Of a stretch of DNA of 64,000 bases, positions 1-13,580 are shown piece after piece. Under the pieces are notes generated by a model. That model made no database searches and was not told the DNA's origin. It was given only the letters and a program-made list of their open reading frames with translations. Both the position numbers and the translations under genes were made by a program. The DNA is from Tricharina praecox (taxonomy: Eukaryota), in assembly GCF_024521635.1 (NCBI RefSeq), contig NW_026250418.1, positions 682,001 through 746,000 on the forward strand. The letters run 5' to 3'. Each line of letters begins with the position of its first letter. Within the stretch, counting starts at the first letter, position 1.

Positions 1-162
1 GAATGGCAGTTTCCATTGATGGGCTGTTGACGTCGGGGTATGGTAGTTGTGCTGGGGGTCTTTGGGATCATTATATATCACTCTCCACGTTTCTACTTTG
101 GACGCGTGACAAGTCGTGACTCGCGAGGATTTGCAGCCCAACTGAAGGATGTATATTCACCG

Positions 163-288
163 ATTCCTTCCATTCCTTCCATTCCTTCCATTCCTTCCAT
201 TCCTTCCATTCCTTCCATTCCTTCCATTCCTTCCATTCCTTCCATTCCTTCCATTCCTTCCATTCCTTCCATTCCTTCCATTCCCAGC
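163..288. repeat. 9-bp tandem repeat (ATTCCTTCC)x13 plus one degenerate copy
   Basis: Perfect 9-mer array seen directly. It produces the spurious IPS/MEG/WKE repeat ORFs. Confidence 0.95.
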
Positions 289-600
289 CTCCAGGTAGTA
301 CGCAGCGCAACCACAACAGAAGTACCCGGACAGAGTAAAGTAAGTTAAGACAAGTTGAAGAAATCAAAAAGTAGTAGTAGTCAACACGAAGTAAGTTAAT
401 CAAGACAGCAAAAAAAAAGACTCGATACCAACAACAATACCAGCAACAGAAACACACACAGAAGGGGCAAAAAAAGAGTACAAAACGCCAGTCCAGTCCC
501 CCATCGCGCGCCAACCAACCAACCATCCATCCTACACAGCCCCAGCCACGCAACACACAACCCACACAATGCAAAACGCGCAGTACATACATACACCATA

Positions 601-3600
601 CTACATGATCCTCGCGAGCCTATTGATGCCGGCACACCACAAGAGCAGAGTAGGCACGCCAGCGCTTCCGGCGACGAACTGTCCCAGCACGCCCAGTCCG
701 CGCCAGACCTCAATCACCTCCCTAAGCACCGCCGCGTTCCCCTCGACAGCAGATACAGCGACAACAACGCTCCAGCCGTCGCCCTCGGCGCCGCCGTCGT
801 GCCGCAGTAGCAGCCCCGTGGGTCGGTACTTGAGTTTTTTCTCTAGCTCGCCGCGCGGGCGCAGAGTGTGCGCGAGCACTACCCCCCAGCTCTCGTCGAC
901 CGCGTCGATAAGTACTGCGTCCGGGTCGAGGTCGTTGGATGGGTCGGGACCGCCGGGCGTGTTGGCTGATGCCTCGGGCGAGAGCATCGACGAGGGCCCC
1001 GGGGTGGTGACGACCGGGGGTGTGGATATGTTGCCGAATACTGGGGGCGTTGAGATGTTGCCGGCGGGCGTGGACATGGCGCCGATGGGTGGGGTGGAGG
1101 TGTTACCGGTCGCAGAATTGATGTGTTGGTTTTCTGGGAGGGACGGATCGTCTTTGGGATCGAGCACCTCTTCGGGGGAGAAGTCTTGGATCCGCAGCGG
1201 AGAAGAGATGTCTGCAGCGAGCAGGTAGATGGCGGACACTCGCTCGTGCGTCTCAACGAGCGTCTGCCACGTCTCTATCTCGTCCTCGGGCATGGTGGTG
1301 CTGCAGACTTTGGTGAAGCATAGGCGCCATTTGACGGCGGGGTACTTGATGAGTTCGACAGTTGTATCCCAGATCTCGTGCATGACTTCCTCGAAAGGGC
1401 GGAGAAAGCCGGCGGTGCTTCGCCGCGCGAGGTTGATGATCGCCGTTTTCTGGACCGACCCGGTGTTATCGCTCCACGCTGCTGCTACCCATCGCTCATC
1501 TGTGCTCTGCGAATAGGCGATATGTAGTAATTGGTTCTCCTTGAGCAATGCCGGACTAGGATCGGACGTCTGCCGAAACTCGATGTTCTTGGGGATAGGC
1601 CGGGCCACCTGAATTGGAAGCGAGGTCAGGCGCTTCGCTTCTTCGAAGCCCAGGTCCGGGTCCGTAGGAATGCACCGCGAGTAGACCTCCACCGCCAAAC
1701 GATGAGCAACGCCCACCCTCATGACAGCACCGAGTTTATGTGCCACAAATCCAGCAGGCACAACCTGCAATACCAGTTGATTCGGCAGAGCATCCGGAAA
1801 CGTAGCGATGCTGGCCTCGTACAGCCGCTGCATGCGGATGAAGCTAGTGCAGATATCGACGAGTGACGATGGGTGATCAAACGGATTGATGACGTAGATC
1901 ACTATGTTCACCCCCTCGTCGCCAACAGCATGTGCAAGCGCTTGTCCGAATCCTTCAAGATGGCCCTGGATCGCCTTCATGCCGAGTTCGTAGGTTCGCG
2001 GTGCCTCCTGGGGTATCTCTACAGCCACAAGGCCGCCCTCAACCATTCCTTCGATTTCACCCCTGATGTGAACGCCGAATCGCCCGGCCTCATATGAGGA
2101 GCTAACTTGTTCCAGCAGGAAATCGGCGCCTTCTTTCATCGCGCTCGACGCGGGATGAAGGCAGAAGGAGATCACACTCTTGGAACCAGAAATAGGTGCA
2201 AGACTGAAGGTATCCCAGAAGTGCAGCGCCGGTGGCAGCATCTCCAGCACGTTTTCCCCACGTTGCATCCGGACATGCGGCGGCGGAACGTGAAAGATAT
2301 CCCAGGGCTTACTATCCTCCTCATCCTCCGGATCCTTGTTCCGTCGCTGCGAGATATTTGGCTTTATCCCCTGATGTCCGCGGCCGAACGGTGCGAGAGG
2401 CGGTGGAGGTGGTATCGGCGGTGGTTCTGGTATCGAATCCGCGATAGCCGCATATGTTTCCAGATTGCACCGCACCACGGCCTCTTCCTTGAACAGGACT
2501 TTGAGAGCATCTTCGACAAGATCCTGATCCTGGCTGCATCGCCGTCGAATCAGACTGGTTTCTGCGTCCTCCTCGTCGTCACGGTAGGTTTCGTTCTTCC
2601 CTCGCCACGATGCGTGCATCCACCCGACCATGTGATCCGCCACCATCGCGGCGACCTCGAGAAACTCACCTTCACCCAGGGACAGCAATGTCATGGCATC
2701 ACTAGTCAGCACCTTGTGTTCGAACACACCCACTATCGACTCATCAAAGGCTCCCGGTTGCATATGGTTCCACGGCGGCGGCGCCAAGTCCTGGATTACC
2801 TCCACCTCTCCATCCGCACCAATAGTACCATCTCGCTGTTGTCTCGACCCTTCGGGCGTATCGACATCCATCTCACCACTGTCCTGTGCCAATTTTGGCT
2901 TCTTCCCGAAGTTCAGAAACCCAGGCAGCAGTGGAGCAGTTCGTCCAGGTGAAGTGTGGTACGATTCCTCGTCTTCGTCCTCCGTGGTATCATCGGCGTC
3001 GCTCTCCGAGTCCTCATCGCTCGACAGGTCGTCGTCAGATTCTCCGCCACTGGAAAAGTCGTCATCCGCGGGTGTGATCGTTACGGCCAGTTCTGAAGGT
3101 GCACTTTCCAGTTTTCGCCTCTTGTGTTTAATACTCCGTGGCTTGTTGATCTTTGTGGCATCAAATTCCTGTTCGTCTCCTTTCGTATCGGGAAGGAAGA
3201 ATCTTCCGCCTGGTGCATACTTTTGGTCCGCCATTTCCACGCTTTCCGTGAACAGGATAGGTGAATATAGCGAGGATCGTCGTTGCTGGTTGACGGGAGT
3301 GACTGGGGTAATCGAGGCAGCAGGGGCCGCCGGTTTCTTGAAGTCCCCTGAGAAGGACGGCGTCTCAGTAGATGGCGGTTGATATCCTGGAACTAATAAT
3401 CCGATCGCATGATGCGGACTTAGCGGCGGTGTGACACTTTGTGTTTCGACCGACGTTGAGGGAATCTCCTTCACTGCCGACGGGTCATTTAATCTTGATC
3501 GTTTTTTATCCCGTTTAGTCTTCCCCATAAGAAATCGGTCGGTTGGTGGTGGTGTCCCCATGCGCAAATCCGTGTCCCCACCCTCCATGTGCATTAGGCC

Positions 3601-5681
3601 ACCGACACCCTGCAGATCCCCGCCATCAAGGTCCATGCCACCAGCATCGTTCCCGCCTTCGAAGTCGGGATTGTCGAAGAAATCGAAATCATCCTCAGTG
3701 ACTTTCATGAATTGGTCCATATCCTCCATTCCCTCTCCAAACAGGTCCGTCTCTCGTTGGGGAACCATATGGTCATTATTCGGAGGTGCTGGTTCGCCTG
3801 GCCAGTCATGGTCCATTGTTCCGCTGGTTCCGAGGGTGGTGGTGGCAGTGGTGGTAGTGGTGGATGGATCGGCATCAGTAGTTGCAGCAGCACTGGTTGG
3901 CGGTTCACTGGCAGGACCCGCTGTAGCGGTTGAACCTGCCGGCGATAAACCATCCGGTTCCGGCTTGGGCTCGGGGAGTTTTCCTTCCTTGATCTCGGCA
4001 GTCCTGTCCTCCTTAGACATGTCCGTTTCGGCTTGCTCTCTCCTCTCCTTCATCTCAAGGTGTTCTTTGATCTTCTCCGCCCTCAAATCTCGCCCCTTGA
4101 ACCACTCATGGCCCCACTGCACCGCACTCTGCACATCCCACCATTCCGCACCAGTGTCCTTCTCCGTAATCTTCGGTAATTCCGCACCCCGATCAAGTGT
4201 GCTCTTCAAAGTTGCCAGCTTCCCCCAAGCCAGTCGAGAATATTCCGGATCGTTGAAATCCAACGAGGGAAGGTGCTCCTTGGCCGCAACAAACAGTTTC
4301 TTATCGCCTTCGGAAGCGCGCAGGAAAAGCAAGGCCTCGGGCCAAAGCACGTGGTGGATGTAGCCCATCAACGGATCCGTCAACGAGGGAATCCGGATCT
4401 CCACATACGGCCACTTATCTTTTTCTATCGCTTCCTGTAGCACAGTCTTCTCGGTGTCTTCGAGCGGGAAGGGTGAGATTATGCCGCGGTCCTTCAGATA
4501 CGACAGTACCTTGTCTTTCCAATTCTCCTCGGCTTTCTTGACTTCGGGTTCCTCGATTTCTCCACCGTAAACTGGAAGGAGCCGGCCCCATTCGCCCCAG
4601 GGTGCCACAAACACCTCTCGGCAGCGCAGGGAATCCCGTGTGAGACCACAAGTGACGAGTCTTCGGATGGCGCTCTGCTTCTCCGAGTATGGAATGACCA
4701 CCAGAGTTCCCAACGAGGTCATATATGCATTTAATTCTAGAACCAATGGTGGGGTCAATTCCGGCTCAGTGACAGGCTGGGCGGCGAGAAGCTCCATCCT
4801 CCCCATCCTCTCCATTCGACTCTTGTGTTCCTTTATGCATGGTAGGGATGTCGGCGACACGAGTGTTCGGGCGTTCAATGGGGTGAAGCCTTCCCGGAAT
4901 GCTAAGCCGAATGAAACTGCGGCTAGGACGGCGGTGATGATGTTGCCGTATATGAATAGCTGCTCCTTGAGCCGATCTGGCTCCTTGACCACATCCATTG
5001 ATTCTGCGGGATCATCCAGGGTGAGGTCGATCATGACTGGTCCCTCGTTCTTGGAACCAGCGCCAGGCGTGCCAGAATGAATACTCGGGGTAACTGCCGC
5101 GGATGGAAGACGACTAGTTGGGTCGGAATGGTTGCTGCTTCCAGCCTTGACGGCGGAATCCGAAAAGCGAGGTGTGAGTGACGATGCGTGGAAGACGCCA
5201 GCGGAAAACTCTATGAATTCTACCGGTCAGTTGCATCAACTTCATGGCCACACTAGAGATTCACCTTGCAGCCCCCATTCCTCCTTCAACCGCTTCTCGA
5301 GCTGCAACCAACGCTCATCTTTTTCCTGCGCCGTCGATGCCGCCATCTTTCCTTTACCGGAGCCATCTACATCCGTAGAGACCCCCGGGCTCTGCGCGCC
5401 AGCAATCCCGTAAATGTGGAAAACCCACAGCCCGCCGCGTCTCAGGTCCGAAAGCACCGGCACACCATCTGCCTTCAGTGCCCGCTCAGCTTCGCGGAGG
5501 ATCTCGGATTGCTGCTCGACATACGCATCCGGATCGAAAGTTGACGGTACGTAGATCGCATACGGAACGCGTGATAGGCTATCCTAAACAGAACATGAGT
5601 ATATTAGCAGACAACCGGCAGCAGCAAGGGTTCACACACAATTTTCAAGACATTCGTTAGGGCCTCTAATGGCGGTTCCAT
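601..5681 (-). CDS. MED13: Mediator kinase-module subunit Med13 (Ssn2/Srb9), 3 exons
   Basis: 1477-aa ORF 601..5034 has Med13 C-terminal motifs (ALHFWDTFSLAPISGSK; LLHIAYSQSTDERWVAAAWSDNTG). I extended it 5' by reading ATG 5681 (MEPPLEALTNVLKI), an intron at ~5639-5585, exon DSLSRVPYAIY...GLWVFH, and an intron at ~5264-5220. Confidence 0.9.
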
Positions 5682-6764
5682 GATGTCTGGTAGTGATTGG
5701 AAAGGCTGCGGACGTCCGGGAGCAAGTAGTGGTTCCTCCATAGCTGCGGCGGGTCAAAGTGTATGGTTCGGCAAGACCGGGGCGGTGAGTTTGCTGGTTT
5801 CGAGCGTGCGATCCTGCTTACTCGAAGTTCAACGTGTGGTTGCGAACCTCGGCGTGTGGGGTGGAAAAGGTATCGCGGTGTCGTCGGGCGCGCCACAAAT
5901 GGAGGGATGGAGGGGCGGAGGGGCGGAAGATCGTCAACCAATATAATACAACGTCGACAAAAGCGAGCAACTGCGAAGTAGAGTATGGTATTCTGAAAGC
6001 CGTGCCGTGCGAGTATCTCCGGGGAATTGCGCCGTAGCAACCAAATGCAAGAAATTTGAATGAAAAAGCCCACTGAACTCCCACAATGAAAACACAGTCT
6101 ACAGATGAATTAGAAACCCGGATCCCGTTTACTCCGTTCACAAAAAATGCAAGAAAAGCGTCTTCGTGTCGTGTCGCGTTGAATGTGGGGGTGGGTTCAA
6201 TGTAAGAAGGTACGTGAGCTGTGTGATGCTCTTGAAGAGATTACGGGTGCTTCGAGATTAGGGTGAACGTAGGCGCGCCGTGAGTCGTCGCGCAGTGGAA
6301 TCGATGAGTAATGGGCGTGCGACAAAGGACTCGGGTCTCGGGGTAGCTCTGGCTAAGGCGGATAGCGGTTTTCGTGGTTGTCTGAGTAGGACTGCGGTCT
6401 GCATCTTGCGACGGCAGAAGCTGAGGGGGAGGAGAGTTGACGCGAGGAGCGCGTGGAGGAAGGAACGACTTTCGACGGGTTGCGCGCCTGGCTGTGGGGG
6501 ATCGGTTGTGCTTAGTGGCAGGGTGACTCGAGTTTTCGCTATAAATGGGGCGGAGACCGATATCGAGTTCGAATGGGCGCGGATATGGAGGGAGAAGCGG
6601 CGAGCATTTCTCTCTTGACTTTTGGCAGCGGAATCGCGGAGGTGCTGCTTAGAAGGCCGACATATCAGGGCGGCGGCGGGAGTGGTTGGGCGCTAGAGCA
6701 GGGAATGACAAGTGGTGAATATAGTAGGGTAGGTCGACAGCCGCGCTTTTTATTTTTCTGGCGT

Positions 6765-7701
6765 TTATCTCCACTTTTGGCCGGAAAGCTGGAAGACTGG
6801 TGATGGGACGTGAGTGTGGACCGGAGCAAGAAGGGCCGTGTTCGTGAACTGTTCGTGTGGTTGTTGACTTGGTGTCGTGTGGGGCTCTGGTTGTTGAGAT
6901 GAGGTCTCGAGGTCACACAACACACACACAACTTCGACACGGTTCTGCTGGATATGGGGGTGGCGGCGGGCGGAGAAAGAGGCAGGGATGGGCACTAAGC
7001 TGGGGGAAGAAGGAACGTCAACGGAGAGGTCTCGCTCCGTGGAGCCAACCACCAAACGAACAAAACCTCCGCACGCACGCGTTTCTCGGGACATGCCACC
7101 ATAGTACATAGCCGGCACATTGTTATCAGCGCTTGGCCAATGTGTATCGAGTACAGGACTCGGATTCATCCAGAGATCTTCAGGCAGCGTGTAGGTACAC
7201 GATTTGACAGCACCAATGGCGTAATCACAGCTGGTCCAGTAATCTTGCACGTCCCTACTCCTGCCATTCGTTCCAGCTATCGCAAGACACGGTACCGTGT
7301 TTTTCCCCTCAACCAGCAGCAAGTCGCACTGGCGATAAGTGCCCTTTCCCCGCTCAATGAGACCGATGAGAGGGCAATGAGTCTCATGCCAAAAGTCTTC
7401 GACATCTTCGGGAGCGACAATTGATTCGGTTTGAAGAACGGCAAGGCTTCGTCCATGGTTCTCGTCATTGAGGTTGAGCTTGCCAATGTAGCGGGGCTCC
7501 CAGTTTGAACTTTTGGCTGTTAGCATAGTGCAAAGTCACTCCTGAGGCCTCCTTGTCGCAAACGTGCCGATATAAGCTGTCGCCAAAGGCCTTATATCGG
7601 ACCGTCTCCCCTGCTTTGAACCTATCATCGAAAGGGTTGAAAGGTTGACCCACGTCGCACCCGAAGCGACGCAAAACCCTTCCCAAGAAACTGCTGATCA
7701 T
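6765..7701 (-). CDS. Hypothetical spliced protein, divergent from ENP2
   Basis: ORFs 7465..7701 and 6765..7526 join in frame through a putative 58-nt GC-AG intron (7567-7510) with a GCTAAC branch point. The 3' end is uncertain: a second intron would end the protein near 6995. No family recognised. Confidence 0.45.
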
Positions 7702-8042
7702 GACGTGTAACTAATCAGTAAGCCGAAATCTAATGGGAATGGATAAGACGCATCGTTCGAAGACATCTTTTTGTTCGTGGTTCGGTACATGTCTATTATG
7801 CTGGCGAGTGGTGCTTTGTCTTACCATGAGCTCTCCATGTCGGAAGGTGGGATGCAGGGAGAGTTATTGTCACTCATCGATCATCACTAATGTTACCAGC
7901 CCCTATCCGGATCAAGTTAGTGCTGTAATTTTCACTTTTCAAACTTTCGTTCTCTAAAAAGAACTTGAGTGCTTGCTCGAACTCGCGACATCATCGATCT
8001 CAACTTCGCCCGCCGACTCCACCAGCAGACCTCTGACCCACA

Positions 8043-10254
8043 ATGTCTCTCAGAGTCACCCTGCAGAATGGCGTCTCGGTGTACACCATCTCGGGCAGCA
8101 ATACCTCGCGCGCCCTCCCAGACTGGCTCGCTCGCAAACGGAAGCGCTCGCTCAAGAACGACGAAGCATACCAGAACCGTGTCGAGCTGATCCAAGATTT
8201 CGAGTTTGAGGAGGCGTCGCAATGCATACAAGTGTCGGAGGATGGCGAATACGCAATGGCGACTGGTACGTTTGGCATCATGTCTGTCCTCGCTGCGGAA
8301 AGAACACTGGAGCTGACCACCGTGAAAATGCTGTCCAGGTACATACAAGCCTCAGATGCACATCTACCATTTGCCGTCGTCGTCGCTCAAATATGCACGC
8401 CATACCTCGACGCTGAATCTCACGTTCCTCCTGCTTTCGACCGACTACTCCAAATCGTTGCATCTGCAGACCGATCGGTCACTGGAGTTCCACACGCCGA
8501 TGGGATGCCACTACGCCACCCGTATCCCCCGCTATGGCCGCGCACTGGCGTATCTCAAACCGCAGGCGCATGCCATCATCCCAGCTGAAGGGAACGAAGT
8601 GTTCCGGTTGGATCTCGAGGCCGGTCGCTTCCTGAAGCCGTTTGAATTGGGGGGATTCGAGGGACGCGGTGGCGATGTCAAGTCGGCGGAATGTGTCGCA
8701 GTGGCAGACGGTTCTCATGGCCTGCTGGCGTTCGGTACCAGTGCCGGTACCACCGAATTCTGGGATTCACGGTCGAGGAACAGAGTCGGAGTATTGGCGC
8801 CGCCTGTGAATGGTGGGACCGTCTTTGACACCCTGGGAGACGCACAGACGCCGTCTATTACCGCCGCACAGTTCAATCGCAATGGCCTTACATTCGCGAC
8901 CGGAAACGAGTCGGGCATTGTTACGCTATACGATCTCCGTTCGCCCACACCAATGCTTACAAAGGACCAAGGCTACGGGTTCCCGATCCAGACATTGTCG
9001 TTCCTGCATACGCAAGCGACGTCGGAACAAAAGGTGCTGTCGGCGGACAAGAGGATTATCAAGCTCTGGGACGCAGCCGACGGAAAGCCGTGGACGTCAG
9101 TGGAGCCTTCAGTCGACATCAACCACGTCTGCTACATTCCCGACAGTGGTATGATCTTCACCGCCAACGAGGGTCAACAGATGCACTCTTTCCTCATCCC
9201 CGCACTTGGACCGTCGCCATGGTGGTGTTCGCACCTGGACACCCAGATCGAGCAGCTCGCAGACCGCAGTATCAACGATCCCGACGCCTACTCTTCTGCT
9301 GCAGTAGAAGCGGCAACCTATGACAACTACAAGTTCCTTACCAAACCGGAGATGCGACAACTCAACCTTGACCACTTGCTCGCATCTGGCAAAGGGGCGG
9401 GTGTTGTACGGCCCTACATGCACGGTTACTTCGTGGACCAACGCCTGTACGAGGAGGCAAGACTCATCGCCGATCCGTTCGAATGGGAGCGCCAGAAGCA
9501 GAAGCTTGTCAAAGAGAAGATCGATAAGGAGAGAGAATCGAGAATCCGCACTTCCGCCAAGGACAAGAACGCAAAAGTCAAGATCAACAAGCGTCTCGCG
9601 GAACGTCTTGAGAGTCTCGAAGGCAAACTCAATAAAAAGGCGGCGGATGAGGACAAGACCAACGTTCTCCAAGACCCCCGTTTCAAGGGTCTGTTCGACA
9701 AGCCCGAGTTCCTCGTCGACGAGACCAGCCGCGAGTTTCAACTTATCAATCCCTCGACACGCCCGACCATCGGCGCGGACGGCGCGCCCGTCGAGCGGAA
9801 ACGCGGCAAAACCGCTGCCGAAGAAGAAGAGGAATCCGATTCCAACGCCGGCAGCGGCAGCGAGTCGGACAGCGGCAGCAGCGAGGACGAAGCCGAGAGC
9901 ACGCGCGCGCCCCAGCCCAAGAAGGAACCGCAAATGCGCATCTCCTCCTCATCCTACCGCAAGTCCGGCCACGACACCAGAGGCTTCCCCACCGTCTCCC
10001 AGAACCAGAAGAAGCGCGAGAAGTCCTTTGGTGCGCGCGTCGCGGGCGTGCAGACTACCGAGAGGAGCAACGAACCCAGGGGGGCCACGGCTATGGGCGA
10101 CAGGGAGATCACGTTTGTCCCCCGGCGCAGGGAGAAGCCGCAACGTGGCGAGGCCCAGGAGGAGAAGAAGGATATGGGCGATCGTGGACGGAAGTGGAAG
10201 GACCGCAGAAGCGCAAGCGGAAATGCGTTCAGAGCCGCGGGAATCAGGAAATGA
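8043..10254 (+). CDS. ENP2: Ribosome biogenesis factor Enp2/NOL10 (WD40 + NUC153)
   Basis: Exon 1 is 8043-8265, intron 8266-8338 (GTACGT..CTGAC..CAG). The splice gives RVELIQDFEF..ATGTYKPQMHIY. Also DQGYGFPI, YDNYKFLT, YMHGYF and a NUC153-like DPRFKGLF..EFLVDETSREF. Confidence 0.95.
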
Positions 10255-12041
10255 AGCAGCAAAAGTTTTGGTTTATATATACAGTTTTTTTATTGTATTG
10301 GGACGGGCGTTTGCAATTTCTTCAGTGTTTTTCGGGGTTGGCGGCTCGGCGGACGGGTCTTTACTTAGATAATGAGTTGCCTATTATGTACAGAGTGAGG
10401 GTGGTTTGGAGCATGCTTCGGTTGTATGATATCAAGAGCCATTTTCTACTTCGCCATTGATATAGACATAAAAAGCTTGTGCCCAATAGGTAATAGTGCC
10501 ACTACACGAGTGAGATCGTGTGATTATTGCTACTCACGTGATGTATCCGCTCGATGAATCCAGCAGCACCCTCGCTCAAAGTCAACAAAAGACTTCCTAG
10601 CATATGAAATTTTGCTCCCTAAGTTTTGCAGATTTTTCACCGTGTGAAAAAACCACCACACAAGATCGACAATATCCTAATCTCTCTCTCTCTTGTTTTT
10701 TCTTCTTCTTCTTTCGGGTGGAGACTAGCTTGCAGAAATTCGACCTGCAGGTTGATGCATGCATGCATTTGGCAAGCAGGATACGGTACATCTTATGTAG
10801 GATGCAAGGGAAGCCTGAGGGGAGGCGATTCAGGCGACTCAGGCGAGGATGTTTTCCTCTTCATACTATATAAACGAGAGGTTCGTTTTGGGTGCTCTCG
10901 TGACTTCTCGTTTCCGTTCTGGTTTCGGTCGTGGTTGCTCAGTGCTGCTGCAAACGGCCATTCATATCTCGTGACTAGGTACATACAGTGGTTATTGGTG
11001 GCGGCGGCGGCCGAGGGAGCGGTGGTGTGGGCCCCGTGGGGGAGGGGATGGGGATGAGGCGGTCGCTTCTGCTGAGCTAGTGATTCCTGGACCTAGGTAC
11101 GTGTTGCTCTTGGAACTACTTCCTATTGATGTTTAAGAGAGGGAGAATGGTTCTTGATGGTACTTGCCAACCACATGAATAGCAGTTGGAGAATCAATGG
11201 AGATTGCTATCACTGTCGGTCTGCATGCGGACAAGCGGTGATTCGCGGGATCTGCCGGCGCCGAAACTCCATCTCATCGCGAAATCCGAAGCCCCACCAC
11301 ATCACATCATCCTCACGATAATTACGAAGGTAGAGTACTTACAGGAACCCATTCTAGCTGAGGTAGTGAGGCACTGGTGCTTTTGGATGCGTTCACATTG
11401 TATGCAGAAAGTCGTGCTCTCGAGGACTTGTAGGCCGTCAGAGCAGCATGTGATCTTGAACATCTTATCATATCTCGCAATGCGCGCATCTGCTGGCCTA
11501 CCTATTCTTCCTTCACCTGTCGAAGGCTCGACGTTCGATACGCGAGATATCGATCGTAAACGGCTTTCGCTCACCTCCTGCTGGCTTCTGCGTCCAAAAG
11601 ACGCGATGGCTACCATCAATCGAAGTTTTCCATGTATTCGCTAGACACATAGAGTACCGTACCGAGTACCGAGTACCGGTATTCTACTGCTGGAGCCCCT
11701 GGAATTCAGACATTCTGTTCCAACATCTGGACAGCGGTTCACATAAATAAAGATACTGCGCAGCCATAAAGTCTCGGCAAATGAGACAAAATGCCGGTAT
11801 TCGTTGCTATGCAATCTTCCAGAGTGGGCTCGATTCTACCGACACACCGCGAGGAGTTGTTTTGGCGGGAATTCTATATCTCGGAGAAAGCCGTCCGGGG
11901 TTCCATCTACCTATCGCCCCCCGTCGTTCCCGTCATTGCTCAACCTCCACCCATCACACAACACCACAACACCACGCTCTCTCCCGTTTCCTTAATTCTT
12001 CCACCTTTCAGTCCAAACCAACAAAACTAAACATCGCGAGC

Positions 12042-12592
12042 ATGGGCGCCTGCGCAAGCTGCTTCGAATCGTGCCTTGGCACCCGTCAAAAAGACGACGT
12101 AAACCACTCCTACTCCTCCCCTATCTCCCTCGCTGACGCAGGCGAATGCAGCCGTCGCGCGCCGCGCTGCTCAACGACCCCACCGCCGCAGTGAACTACG
12201 GGTACAATTCGGGCTATCCGCCGTCGCCCACCGCCGTCGCCGTACAGGACCCGCAGCAGCTCCTCCACGAGCGCGAATACCTCGACCGTCTCGTCGTCCA
12301 GACGTCCGAAAACTTAATCGACATCTTTGCGCCCCCGATGCTCGCTGGCGCCCCGAGTTCAATGAGTATTACGCCCAGCAGCCGCGGCGAGTGGTATCGT
12401 AACCTGCTGGAGCGCACTAGTCCTCCCGCGCCCGCGGTTGAGGTGCTGGTGCTGGGCGAGGCGAAGGAGGTCGATGCCGATGAGAGGGTGTGGTTGAGGG
12501 GCCTGCTGGAAAGGGGCGAGGATGCGGTTAGAGAGCTGGCCAGGGTTAGGGAGGTCGGCGCGTTGGTCGTCGGTCTGGATATGGACATGTGA
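12042..12592 (+). CDS. Ego1/Meh1/LAMTOR1-like vacuolar anchor of the EGO/Ragulator complex
   Basis: N-terminus MGACASC (myristoylation plus palmitoylation signature), phase-0 intron 12099-12151, ALL dileucine-like motif, and LAMTOR-like EREYLDRLVVQTSENLIDI. Confidence 0.75.
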
Positions 12593-13580
12593 GGCTGACG
12601 CGGAAGTACGAGCGGTGATGGCCGCGCGATGACAGTGGCCGGCGCTCGTAATTTCCGCCTGAGAATCCCGTCGGGGAAAGACTTGTGATGCTACAGTCCG
12701 GTTTCTGAGGGATATGGTAATAGTGGGATAGCGGGGGATATGGACGTAATTGGTCTTGAGTTTCTGCATTTTGGGAATAGGGGTGGGCATGGATGGAAGG
12801 GCGTGAAGGACAGGGAGGAACACAGGTTTGTGTAGGGTATGGCGTTGTCTATCGGGTTTCTTTTTCTTTTTTCTTTTTCACATTTCCTCTCGCTAGGTGG
12901 ATTTCCTTTGTTTGTGCTGGTCTTGTTGGATTTACTAATTCTTAGGGTCTCATTGAAGTGCTACGGCGCTTCACTTCATTCTGTTTTCCAGTCTCGGGCT
13001 TGTCTTGTAGATAGTCCTCTATTCATATACTTATGTCTCCATGTCTTTGCGTTTGGACATAGAGGTTCAGTGGGGACTCTTCGATGCGGCCATTTGGGTG
13101 CTGCTGAGCGCCCCACAAAGGTGAAGTCCGTACAAACACTGATCTACCCGGACAATCGAGAATGTTGGTCCTATGTAGAGTACTCTAGAGTGCTATTGTT
13201 ATGGCTCGTATGTTTTAAGCACCAAGTCCCTTAATACTATAGAGTAGTTCCATAGCACAGCAACGATGACCGATAAAAACAGACCGAGACCGAGACTCGA
13301 CCATGCACTAATTGTCGAATTGGGCGTCCTCGGACGTTAAGACGGCCAAATTTGGTTTCTACCTCGATCCAGCCAGGTGACGTAGCCTTGTCTTGCTTGT
13401 CAGCCTTCCTCCCCCGCTTCACTCATTCACTCCTTCACTCCTTCACTTCTGCAATACATACATTCTGTGATATATACATCCTTCTACAACTCTCCACGAG
13501 CTCTTTATCCACGCATTGCCGAAATTCTCTCACACCCTCATTTCCCTCGTGCTCTCCTTTCGTGCAAAATAGAATACAGA

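Noticed and set aside
40..592. Repeat-peptide ORFs (IPS)n, (MEG)n, (WKE)n
   Set aside because: These are by-products of the stop-free 9-bp repeat, with no other coding evidence.
569..5080. Long plus-strand ORFs overlapping MED13, and similar antisense ORFs over ENP2, RAD4, TCO89-like and others
   Set aside because: These are shadow frames of GC-rich coding sequence.
10597..11644. Short ORFs between ENP2 and the Ego1-like gene
   Set aside because: No recognisable motifs and composition consistent with intergenic DNA.
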